Shown here one piece after another: positions 28,444-37,568 of a stretch of DNA of 64,000 bases. The notes under the pieces were generated by a model. It was not told the DNA's origin and ran no database searches. It worked only from the letters and a program-made list of their open reading frames with translations. Both the position numbers and the translations under genes were made by a program. The stretch is taken from positions 508,438-572,437 of the forward strand of contig CAXWPJ010000010.1 of the NCBI GenBank assembly GCA_963664115.2. Direction: 5' to 3'. The stretch comes from Terriglobia bacterium. Its GTDB lineage: Bacteria > Acidobacteriota > Terriglobia > 20CM-2-55-15. Each line of letters begins with the position of its first letter. Within the stretch, counting starts at the first letter, position 1.

Positions 28444-30672
28444 GTGAAGCGTTCGTGCTTTCTATTAACTATTACCAGTTGCTTGTTGATCGCCGTGTCC
28501 GGGCCGAGTTGGGCACAGGCACCCGGGGCCGTCGAAGGCCGTGTCCTCCTGCCGAACAATGACCTGGTTCACAGGGCGACCGTTTTGCTGGTGGAACTCG
28601 GGCTGACCGTCGAAACGGACGAAATCGGTCGCTACCGATTCGAGAACGTACCCGAAGGGATGTACGAGGTCCTCGCCTACCAGTCGATTCTCGACTCCGA
28701 ATCACACTTCGTCGCAGTCGTCCGAGGAGCGACGTCCACCCTTGACATCGAGCTGCGACTGTCGTCGCTGCGTCAGGAAATTACAGTGACGGCACAGGGC
28801 CGCTCGGAGTCGACGTTTCAAGCCATCCCGTCGGTCACGACACTGGACTCGTTCGATCTGTCCGAATCGATGGCGACGTCTATTGGTGAAATCCTGGATG
28901 GCCAACCCGGCGTCGCGAAACGAAGCTTTGGAGCCGGAAACGCACGGCCCGTGGTGCGAGGCTTCGATGGAGACCGTGTCCTCGTAATGCAGGACGGGAT
29001 GCGCATCGGTTCTCTGGCCTCGCAGTCGGGAGATCACGGGGAACCCATCGATGCGGGGAGCATGGAGCGCATCGAAGTCGTCAAGGGACCCGCGACACTG
29101 CTGTATGGGAGCAACGCCGTCGGCGGTGTGGTCAATGCGATCAGCACACATGAAGGCTTTCTGGAACAACCCTATGAAGGTCTGCGCGGTCAGATCTCTT
29201 CGTCCGCCGGCTCGGCAAACGGGCAAGCAGGCGGCAGCTTCACGTCCGAATACGGCTTTGGCGAATGGTTGCTGTGGTTGGGCGGCGGGGGACAACGCAG
29301 TGGGGACTACCAGACGCCGATCGGCGTGATCGCCAATTCGAAGAGCCGGGTCAGCAACGGATCCTTCGGGCTCGGCTGGTTCGGAGAAAAGGCATTTGCC
29401 AGTGTCGGATATCAGGGGAACGACGGTCGCTACGGCATTCCCTTCGCCAACACATTTGAAGGCGGAGGCGAGAGCGAAAAGATTGTGGATGCCGTCAAGG
29501 TCGCCTTCCGGCAGCACGCTGTCCGGCTGACGACAGGGCTCAAAAACCTCGGATCTGTCGTCGACAGCTTCAAACTGTCCCTGAACTACTCCGATTGGAA
29601 CCACGACGAGCTGGAAATTTTTGATGATGGTGTGCAGGAAGTCAGCACGACCTTCGAAAACCAACAGTACGTCTATAAAGGCGTGTTCACCCAGAAAACG
29701 AACGGCCGTCTTTCAGGCAGCTTCGGTGTGTGGGGCCTCGACCGTAACTTCGAGACCCGGGGCGCGGAAACTCTTTCTCCGCCTGTAGACCAGAACGCTT
29801 TTGCCGTCTTCGGACTTGAGGAGCTAAGTTTCGAAGGCCTTCGTCTGCAATTGGGGGGACGCGTCGAACACAACCGATACGCACCAGACCCCGATTCGAG
29901 TTTGGGGAAGCTTGATTTTACAGGTGTCTCGGCGGGTGTGGGGGCGCGCTTCGACCTGTGGGAAGGCGGCGCCTTTGTCGTCAACTACACGGATTCATCC
30001 CGAGCACCTGCGATGGAAGAACTCTACAATTTTGGCCCTCATGTCGGGAACCTAACATTCGAAATCGGTAACCGCACACTGGGAAGCGAACGTTCTCACG
30101 GTCTCGATTTTGCGCTCCGGCACCAGAGAGCCCGTGTGCAGGGTGAAATTAATTTCTTCTATTACGATATTAGTGACTTTGTCTTTCTGGCTCCGACCGG
30201 CGCAACGATTGACGGTCTCATCGAGGCCGCATACGCGCAAGGAGACGCGCGATATTCAGGCACGGAGATGACGCTCGATGTGAACGTCCACGAGAATCTC
30301 TGGATAAACCTGGCCCTCGACGCAGTTGACACCGAGTTAAGAAGGACTTCTGAGCCACTTCCACGAATCCCCCCACTCAGGGGAAAGATTGGTCTGGATA
30401 TTCGATATGGCGGTTTGAGCGTCAAACCCGAACTCGTCCTGGCGGACCGGAGGGACGAGGTTTTCAGCACCGAAACGGAAACCCCCGGTTACGGCCTCCT
30501 GAACCTGAGTGCCTCCTACACAATCCCGCAAGCCCATCTCTCACACCACCTGGCCTTCAGCCTCTTCAACGCCACCGACACGCTGTATCGCAATCACCTC
30601 AGCTTCATCAAGGACCTGGCTCCTGAGATCGGGCGCGGCGTGCGCCTCTCGTATTCGGTGAAGTATTTCTGA
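28444..30672 (+). CDS. TonB-dependent receptor (ZnuD-like metal receptor type)
   Basis: GGAGG SD before GTG; signal peptide; EITVTA TonB box; RPVVRG, RIEVVKGPATLLYG; terminal F. Confidence 0.93.
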   Translation: MKRSCFLLTITSCLLIAVSGPSWAQAPGAVEGRVLLPNNDLVHRATVLLVELGLTVETDEIGRYRFENVPEGMYEVLAYQSILDSESHFVAVVRGATSTLDIELRLSSLRQEITVTAQGRSESTFQAIPSVTTLDSFDLSESMATSIGEILDGQPGVAKRSFGAGNARPVVRGFDGDRVLVMQDGMRIGSLASQSGDHGEPIDAGSMERIEVVKGPATLLYGSNAVGGVVNAISTHEGFLEQPYEGLRGQISSSAGSANGQAGGSFTSEYGFGEWLLWLGGGGQRSGDYQTPIGVIANSKSRVSNGSFGLGWFGEKAFASVGYQGNDGRYGIPFANTFEGGGESEKIVDAVKVAFRQHAVRLTTGLKNLGSVVDSFKLSLNYSDWNHDELEIFDDGVQEVSTTFENQQYVYKGVFTQKTNGRLSGSFGVWGLDRNFETRGAETLSPPVDQNAFAVFGLEELSFEGLRLQLGGRVEHNRYAPDPDSSLGKLDFTGVSAGVGARFDLWEGGAFVVNYTDSSRAPAMEELYNFGPHVGNLTFEIGNRTLGSERSHGLDFALRHQRARVQGEINFFYYDISDFVFLAPTGATIDGLIEAAYAQGDARYSGTEMTLDVNVHENLWINLALDAVDTELRRTSEPLPRIPPLRGKIGLDIRYGGLSVKPELVLADRRDEVFSTETETPGYGLLNLSASYTIPQAHLSHHLAFSLFNATDTLYRNHLSFIKDLAPEIGRGVRLSYSVKYF

Positions 30673-30685
30673 AAAGGATGGAGTG

Positions 30686-32416
30686 CTATCGTTCCAAAGC
30701 CTCTGCCACAGCCTGCCGCAGTTGATCCAGCCCATGGGCCAGGTCTCCTCCGATATGGACGCGAAGGACGCGCCGCCCCCGCTGCTCTAAAACTTCCATA
30801 TCACCGAGGGCCTGGGCGGCCTTTACGATTCCGAACGAATAACTCCGTCCGGGAACGGGAAGGTCCATTGGGTCATCACATGTGATTTGCAGAAAGACGC
30901 CCGTCGCGGGACCGCCCTTGTGCAGTTGACCCGTCGAATGGAGAAACCGGGGGCCGAAACCGAGACAGGTTGCCACACACGTTCGATCTCTCACAAGGTT
31001 ACGAATTTGCTGAAGGTGGAACAGGTTCGTTGCGTTCATCGCGACGTACGCTAGGATCGCGAAGTAGTCGCCTGTATTGAGACCCGCCAGATACGCCCCC
31101 AGGTAGCCACTTAGGGAAGGTCTTGGGGTCACCTCCTGGAAAACGCGAGCGACGGTATCGGAATCTGAGAAGAGGCTGATTTCCGCCGTTTCGAAAAAGG
31201 GTTCGGACTCGTCAAGCGCTCCTGTCTGCTCGAATTCGGCAGTCATTTTTCGGGAAGCCACCTTACTCGCATCGACGTCGGGTTGATCGAATGGATTGAC
31301 CTTGAGCAGCGATCCAGCGACAGCGGTCGCCATTTCCCAACGGAAAAACTCCTGGCCGATCGCGTAGGGACCATCGAGTTCAATCCGCACGACAGGCTGA
31401 CCGGCCTGTTCAATACGGTCAATCGCGCTATCTTCGGAGGTGCTTCCTTCGGAACTGAGCTTTAGATAGACAAACACACGGTCGTCACCGTAAACCTCGG
31501 GTGGACCGAGTGATTCTTGATCGACCGGAACAATTCCCTTCCCGTCTTTTCCCGTGGACTCAGCCACCAGTTGCTCAAGCCATGCGCCTAAGCTGCCAAT
31601 GGCAGGGGAAGCAGCGATCGTTAACTTGTTCCGACCCGCCCCCGCCAACTGTCCCAGGGCGATGCCCAACATTACTCCCGGGTTTTTGGAAACAGGGACG
31701 TCGGCTCCGCATTGATCAACCATTTGCTTCGTGACATCGAGAAGTCGTGCGACGTCGAGCCCCATCAGTGCGGCTGGCACCAATCCGAAATCTGAAAGAG
31801 CCGAAAACCGGCCGCCGACGTCTGGTTGACCTAAGAACACCCGTCGCAGGTCGCGTTGGCGGGCAAGGCTTTCGAGCGAAGAACCTGGATCGGTGATCGC
31901 GACGAACCGCCGACCGGTTTCAGCCGGAGGGAAGATGCTGGCCATGTGATCAAAGAAATATTCGAAGAGTATGGAAGATTCCAGCGTCGTACCAGACTTA
32001 CTGGAAACGATGAACAGGGTTCGCCGCAGATCAACGGCATCTTCGGCGGCACGGACCTGGGCCGGAACCGTCGAATCCAGCACGCGAAGTGCTGGATGAG
32101 ACGGGCCGCACTCAAAGGTCGATCGCAGGACCTCTGGACACAAACTCGACCCACCCATTCCCAGTAACAGGGCATGGGTAAATTGTCCTTGGCGGACATC
32201 GGCGGAAATCTGCGAGAAGGTGCTTTGTCTCTCGAGCTGGGTCGTGACCACGTCGAGCCAACCCAGCCGCTGGTCCTCGTCCGACCCGGTCCACAGCGAC
32301 GGGTCGCGGCCCCAGATCCGCTGAACCTTATCCTCCCCAATCCACTCCTCAACCGTCGCTTCCACGGCCCGGGCAATCTGGGGGGGGAGACTGAAGGATT
32401 GAGAGTTTACCCGCAT
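30686..32416 (-). CDS. pgi: Glucose-6-phosphate isomerase (PGI part of the Tal-Pgi type)
   Basis: LGMGGSSL, SSKSGTTLE, GGRFSALS, EQLVAESTGK, NPFDQPDV, HSTGQLHKGG. Confidence 0.88.
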   Translation of the reverse strand: MRVNSQSFSLPPQIARAVEATVEEWIGEDKVQRIWGRDPSLWTGSDEDQRLGWLDVVTTQLERQSTFSQISADVRQGQFTHALLLGMGGSSLCPEVLRSTFECGPSHPALRVLDSTVPAQVRAAEDAVDLRRTLFIVSSKSGTTLESSILFEYFFDHMASIFPPAETGRRFVAITDPGSSLESLARQRDLRRVFLGQPDVGGRFSALSDFGLVPAALMGLDVARLLDVTKQMVDQCGADVPVSKNPGVMLGIALGQLAGAGRNKLTIAASPAIGSLGAWLEQLVAESTGKDGKGIVPVDQESLGPPEVYGDDRVFVYLKLSSEGSTSEDSAIDRIEQAGQPVVRIELDGPYAIGQEFFRWEMATAVAGSLLKVNPFDQPDVDASKVASRKMTAEFEQTGALDESEPFFETAEISLFSDSDTVARVFQEVTPRPSLSGYLGAYLAGLNTGDYFAILAYVAMNATNLFHLQQIRNLVRDRTCVATCLGFGPRFLHSTGQLHKGGPATGVFLQITCDDPMDLPVPGRSYSFGIVKAAQALGDMEVLEQRGRRVLRVHIGGDLAHGLDQLRQAVAEALER

Positions 32417-32544
32417 CGCTGGGAACAGATCATACTCGTACCTTGTCGGCGACACCACTGGCCTTGGGCTGTCGTCGTCGACACGCACTCCCGCCGGCGC
32501 ACCACTGTCAAGGACAGTGTCAAGTTCTTTAGATTGAGGGATTC

Positions 32545-32745
32545 TCAGTTACGCGCGGGCTGCGGTCGGTGCAATCGCTTGTGTTCCAACAACAGGTGCA
32601 GTCGCCTTCGGTGAGAAGGGTTTGCGTCCTCGAAATCGGCACCGCAGACGTTGCAACGGTACCAGCGAATCCGGAAGGTCGTCGACTCACTATCTGCCAG
32701 GGCAACTTCTTCGAGCTCTGGTCTCATGGTTTTCTGGATGCTCAT
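32545..32745 (-). CDS. Small hypothetical protein with C2H2-like zinc-finger pattern
   Basis: CNVCGADF...LLEHKRLH; weak SD. Confidence 0.45.
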   Translation of the reverse strand: MSIQKTMRPELEEVALADSESTTFRIRWYRCNVCGADFEDANPSHRRRLHLLLEHKRLHRPQPARN

Positions 32746-33377
32746 CCGATATGGGGATCCGTACCTCGATATAAGGTCAGATCCTCAACTCCTCCCGGCG
32801 ACGTATTCTCATCAGGCGGACTTTATACAACCAAGCGCCCCTGTTACAAGTCTAACCGCATCGCCGAGCCCCCATTGTAAGACACGTCACCCACTTTCAC
32901 CAATTAGAAACAGGGGGTACCCTCACGTTTTTTTACCTCAGGCGCCAGATCGCGACCTCAGTTCTTAAGACAGCCACCTTGTAAGTGGTTGACAAATAGA
33001 TCTCAAATCTACCACCGGATCTGACCAGGGCCTCAATCACACTGGAGATTTCCTCCCCTTCCCGGGCCTCGATTGCAAAATCCTGGAATCCCACCGGACT
33101 TCCGGCCCGCGCCCCGAAGACACAGCCTGCCCCTACCAGGCTGTGGGGGCAGGCTGGGGAAGAGGGCGAATCGCCCTCTCACCGGAAATACCCTAATTGC
33201 GTATGTTAGAATGTGCCGGCAGATTCGGAATAGCCAACACGCCCGGCCTGAGATCCGTAGACGGAACCGTCGCCTCACCTTGGACCGATCCGAGCCGCCT
33301 GGCCCCGTTTCTCGTTAGCATCCGAAAGACGCTCGGTGCCCGAATGACGCTTAATTCGGAATCGCGGCTGAGCGAAA

Positions 33378-34762
33378 GAGTTATAACCGAATCTGGTGTT
33401 TGAGGGATTGAATAAGAGCGGCGTATCTGGTTGATTTGTTGTGACAAAACTTCAAAGCAACCATAGGAGATACGCCACTGTGAGCAAGAGTAACGTGAAT
33501 GGACCGGAAGGTCGAGAAACGATTGAGGATCCAGTAACAGAACTACTACGAGTTGGGGCACAGCAACTGATCCAACGCGCAGTGGAAGCCGAATTGGCAG
33601 AGCTGCTATCCCAGCACGGTGGCCGGCGAACTGAGACAGGAAACGCCGGGGTGGTACGCAACGGTTATCTGCCGGAACGCGAACTGCAGACGGGATTGGG
33701 TCCGGTAACAGTCCAAATCCCGAAGGTCCGTGCCAAGACGGGCGAAGCTGTGACGTTCCGATCGGCCCTGGTACCACCGTACATTCGGAAGACGAAGTCG
33801 CTGGAAGCAGCGGTGCCGTGGTTGTATTTGAAAGGCGTTTCCAGCGGCGAGATGGGTGAGGCCCTAAAAGTTCTTGTCGGTCCCCAGGCGCAGGGTCTGT
33901 CGGCGAGCACGGTATCGCGGTTGAAACAGGTTTGGGGCGAACAGTACCGCCTCGGATGCGAGGAGCGTTTGGATGCAGATCGCTGGGTCTATGTCTGGGC
34001 CGACGGCATCTACAGCGGACTTCGGGCGGAACAAACCAAGTTGTGTGCATTGGTCGTGATCGGCGTGAATGAACGCGGAGAGAAGCGTTTCCTGGCGATC
34101 GAAGACGGTGTACGGGAATCGACACAGAGTTGGCGCGAGGTCTTGTTGAAGCTGAAGTCCCGTGGGATGAATGTTCCGAAGTTGGCCATCGGTGACGGTG
34201 CGATGGGGTTCTGGGCCGCACTGGAGGAAATCTATCCCGAGACACGTCAACAACGTTGCTGGATGCACAAAGTCATGAACGTCCTCAACTGCCTGCCCAA
34301 GTCGGTCCAGGCGAAGGCGAAACAGGCCCTGCACTCGATCTGGCAGGCCGAGACGAAGGCAGACGCCGAGAAGGCATTCGACTTGTTCATTGAAACCTAT
34401 GAACCGAAGTATCCGAAAGCCACACTCTGCCTGCAGAAAGACAGAGAGGAACTGCTGGCCTTTTACGACTTTCCGGCCAAGCACTGGCAGAGCATCAGAA
34501 CGACGAATCCCATTGAGTCGACCTTTGCCACCATTCGACACCGAACGAAGCGATCCAGAGGTTGCCTGACACGGGATGGCATGCTGCACATGATGTTCAA
34601 ACTGGGCCAGTGCGCTGAGAACAATTGGCGACGATTACGAGGATTCGATGATCTGAGCAAGGTAATCATCGGAGTGAAATTCAACGATGGTGTCGAAGCG
34701 ACACAAGTCGATCAGGCCGCCGCTTGAATCAATCTCCTAAACACCACTTTTGACAATAACTC
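33378..34762 (+). mobile_element. IS256-family insertion sequence with 9-bp target duplication
   Basis: Imperfect terminal IRs (GAGTTAT..TGGTGTTT); TGAGCGAAA duplicated at 33369-33377 and 34763-34771. Confidence 0.93.
33480..34727 (+). CDS. IS256-family (mutator-type) transposase
   Basis: RNGYLPER, WADGIY, IGDGAMGFW, QRCWMH, TTNPIES; AGGAG SD before GTG. Confidence 0.95.
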   Translation: MSKSNVNGPEGRETIEDPVTELLRVGAQQLIQRAVEAELAELLSQHGGRRTETGNAGVVRNGYLPERELQTGLGPVTVQIPKVRAKTGEAVTFRSALVPPYIRKTKSLEAAVPWLYLKGVSSGEMGEALKVLVGPQAQGLSASTVSRLKQVWGEQYRLGCEERLDADRWVYVWADGIYSGLRAEQTKLCALVVIGVNERGEKRFLAIEDGVRESTQSWREVLLKLKSRGMNVPKLAIGDGAMGFWAALEEIYPETRQQRCWMHKVMNVLNCLPKSVQAKAKQALHSIWQAETKADAEKAFDLFIETYEPKYPKATLCLQKDREELLAFYDFPAKHWQSIRTTNPIESTFATIRHRTKRSRGCLTRDGMLHMMFKLGQCAENNWRRLRGFDDLSKVIIGVKFNDGVEATQVDQAAA

Positions 34763-34852
34763 TGAGCGAAAAGCGCTGATAAATAATACTTTACCGGTCT
34801 GACTGTGCAGCACCGTCGGCCCTACCTAAGACTTTCAGAGTCGGGAGGACCC

Positions 34853-36244
34853 ATGAATAAACCGACAGCCGAGCCGAGCCGATATCTTGCCTATACCAGC
34901 AAGAATATCGACACGATTCCACAATTCAAGGCCCTGACTTCGGAACAGCGCACGGCTATCAGCGCGGTTTCCAGAGTGCTCCCGTTCCGGGTGAATAACT
35001 ATGTCATTGACGAACTCATTAACTGGGATGACATACCCCGCGACCCGATATTCCAGCTGACCTTTCCGCAGGAAGGCATGCTTTCTGGGGAAGACTTCGA
35101 CTGCATTCGAGGTCTGATCGACGAAGAAGCGCCGGAAGCGCACATCGACCAGGCTGTACATCAAATAAGGCTCGGACTCAATCCGCACCCGGCGGGCCAG
35201 ATGGACATGAACGTCCCCGTCCTGAACGGAGAACCCCAGGCGGGAATGCAGCACAAGTACAGGGAAACCGTCCTCTTCTTCCCCAGTCAGGGCCAGACCT
35301 GCCACGCCTATTGTACGTACTGCTTCCGGTGGGCACAGTTCGTCGGCATGGAGGAATTCAAGTTCAGCAACAACGAGGTGACTGCGCTGGTGCGATACCT
35401 CGAACAACACTCCGAGGTTCGGGATGTGTTGATCACCGGCGGCGACCCGATGATCATGCGAACAAACATCCTTCGGAGCTACATCGAGCCACTCCTCAAG
35501 ATTGAATCGCTCCGCAGCATTCGGATTGGTACGAAGGCATTGGCGTGGTGGCCGTTCCGTTTCGTGACAGACAACGATGCCGATGATCTGCTCAGGCTTT
35601 TCGAACAAGTCGTCGACTCGGGCAAGCACCTTGCCCTGATGGCTCATTACAGCCACCCGCGCGAAATGTCGACCCCTATTTCCGAACTGGCTATCCGGAG
35701 AATTCAACAAACCGGTGCGACGATCCGATCTCAAGCGCCCCTGATCCGTAACGTCAATGATTATGCGGACATATGGGCTGCGATGTGGCAAAAACACGTG
35801 GATTCGGGAATCATCCCGTACTATATGTTCGTTGAACGGGACACGGGTCCGAGGCAGTATTTCGACGTCCCGCTCTACCGCGCACTGGATATTTTCACTC
35901 GGGGAATCCGGCAGGTATCGGGACTGGGACGGACGGCACGCGGCCCGTCAATGTCGTGCGCACCCGGAAAAATCCTTGTCGACGGGGTGGCTGAGATCGA
36001 CGGAGAGAAGGTCTTCGTCCTGAAGTTCCTACAGGGCAGGGATCCGAACTGGACGAACCGAATCTTTTTTGCACACTATGATGAAGCGGCATCGTGGATT
36101 GACGACCTGGCACCTGCCTTTGGCGATCGATTCTTTTTCGAGGGTTCATTACCCGCCAATAAGCGCTGGAAGAACTTTACCGTGTATTCGGGTGCGCGAT
36201 CCGCAGCCGCAACGCACGGCGGGAACCGGAAGTCATTTACGTAG
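34853..36244 (+). CDS. KamA-family radical SAM aminomutase
   Basis: HKYRETVL, CHAYCTYCFR, TGGDP, PYYMF, GKI; GGAGG SD. Confidence 0.88.
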   Translation: MNKPTAEPSRYLAYTSKNIDTIPQFKALTSEQRTAISAVSRVLPFRVNNYVIDELINWDDIPRDPIFQLTFPQEGMLSGEDFDCIRGLIDEEAPEAHIDQAVHQIRLGLNPHPAGQMDMNVPVLNGEPQAGMQHKYRETVLFFPSQGQTCHAYCTYCFRWAQFVGMEEFKFSNNEVTALVRYLEQHSEVRDVLITGGDPMIMRTNILRSYIEPLLKIESLRSIRIGTKALAWWPFRFVTDNDADDLLRLFEQVVDSGKHLALMAHYSHPREMSTPISELAIRRIQQTGATIRSQAPLIRNVNDYADIWAAMWQKHVDSGIIPYYMFVERDTGPRQYFDVPLYRALDIFTRGIRQVSGLGRTARGPSMSCAPGKILVDGVAEIDGEKVFVLKFLQGRDPNWTNRIFFAHYDEAASWIDDLAPAFGDRFFFEGSLPANKRWKNFTVYSGARSAAATHGGNRKSFT

Positions 36245-36267
36245 AGCGCTGAGCACCGCAACAAGCG

Positions 36268-36297
36268 AAGGGGGCGGCTCCGAAGAGCCGCCCCCTT
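36268..36297. terminator. Terminator hairpin between convergent genes
   Basis: AAGGGGGCGGCTC-CGAA-GAGCCGCCCCCTT. Confidence 0.85.
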
Positions 36298-36321
36298 ATT
36301 CGTGCCTCAGGTTTCTTCTGT

Positions 36322-36651
36322 TCAGGCCGCGTATCGATCCAGCAGGGCCGCAATGCTCTGTTTCGGCTGAGCTCCGACGAGCCGTTCCTTCTCCTCTCCA
36401 TCCTTGAAAAGTATCAGCGTGGGTATCGCGCGCACACTGTAACGTGCTGCCGCATCGGGATTGTCATCAACGTTCAATTTGGCGATGCTGGCACGGCCGG
36501 TAAACTCCTTGCCCAACTCTTCAAGGCTTGGAGCCAACGCGCGACAGGGTCCACACCATTCGGCCCAGAAGTCTACGAGCAAGGGTTCCGTAGACTGAAA
36601 AATACCGTCCGCCAGGTCGTTGTCGGTCAATTGCCGTAATGTTTCACTCAT
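36322..36651 (-). CDS. trxA: Thioredoxin
   Basis: VDFWAEWCGPC, AIPTLILFK; AAGGAG SD. Confidence 0.95.
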   Translation of the reverse strand: MSETLRQLTDNDLADGIFQSTEPLLVDFWAEWCGPCRALAPSLEELGKEFTGRASIAKLNVDDNPDAAARYSVRAIPTLILFKDGEEKERLVGAQPKQSIAALLDRYAA

Positions 36652-36680
36652 TTTGCTTATCTCCTTAGCGTTCTTACACT

Positions 36681-37259
36681 TCAAGGTATTTCTTGAATCT
36701 CCAGAACGCGTCTGATTTCACTCGAAACCGCGTCCAGGGGCTTGGTCGAACGGTATGCTCGACCCAGCAGCAAGCCGCCTTCCATCATCGTCAGTGCGAT
36801 CAGGACGCGCTCCCCGGCCTGAACGGGGGTATGACCTTCGGCGACCAATCGCTCCACGAACAATACAGTCCACGTTTCGAAAGCTTTAGAGCAGGTCCTC
36901 TGCAGCGGTTCCGATGTCGCTGCCTCCAACGCAACCGTTGCAATCGGACAGCCTTCGCTGAAATCTGAGTTCACCAAGTGATCCCGGACCATTCCGACCA
37001 GTGTCACCATGGCCTCCGCCGCTGTCGAAGTCTGGCTGAAAGCTCTTCTGATTGCTTTAACCTGGGCGTCACAGGCGTATTCGAGCGCGGCTACGGCCAG
37101 TTCCTCCTTTCCGCCGGGGAAGTGGAAATAAAGTGACCCCCGTGGCGTCCCGCTTTCTTCAACGATCTGTTTGAGTCCTGTGCCGCTATAGCCCTGTTTC
37201 TGCAATAGTTCTGCAGTCTTTAAAACCATGCGATCTTTGCTGTCCGATATCTTTGGCAT
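36681..37259 (-). CDS. TetR-family regulator (LmrA-like)
   Basis: GYSGTGLKQI, GSLYFHFPGGKEEL, GCPIATVALE. Confidence 0.92.
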   Translation of the reverse strand: MPKISDSKDRMVLKTAELLQKQGYSGTGLKQIVEESGTPRGSLYFHFPGGKEELAVAALEYACDAQVKAIRRAFSQTSTAAEAMVTLVGMVRDHLVNSDFSEGCPIATVALEAATSEPLQRTCSKAFETWTVLFVERLVAEGHTPVQAGERVLIALTMMEGGLLLGRAYRSTKPLDAVSSEIRRVLEIQEIP

Positions 37260-37283
37260 CAGCGGACTTCCACAACAATACAT

Positions 37284-37312
37284 AATATACCAATCGGTCT
37301 ACATACTGTCAA
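37284..37312 (-). promoter_or_regulatory. Sigma70 promoter with embedded TetR-type operator
   Basis: Minus strand TTGACA-N17-TATATT; spacer carries the imperfect palindrome TAGACCGATTGGTATA. Confidence 0.7.
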
Positions 37313-37568
37313 CGGCGTTGTGGATCGAAAGGGTACCGCAGAGAAAGGGCTGGTACGCCGATTGCTGCTAGTTGGAGGCCAACACGTCCCCAATGCGGGG
37401 CAGGCCTTTAGGAATCAAGGGTTAGCAAGCGGTGTGGGCGATGTGTAAACGCCAGAACGCTGGCACAGGTGTCGTATTCTTGTCAGATTCCGAGCTGTGA
37501 GGTTACTTGAACAACCTGAAAAGGCGCTCGCTGGCTTTTGAGACCGACAATTGTACCCCCTTAACTCT

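Noticed and set aside
33040-33190. tRNA or known riboswitch
   Set aside because: No cloverleaf, T-loop or recognisable aptamer consensus on either strand
34750-34790. Hybrid promoter from the outward TTGACA at the IS256 right end
   Set aside because: The hexamer 17 bp downstream is GCGCTG; the nearest -10-like sequence is about 28 bp away
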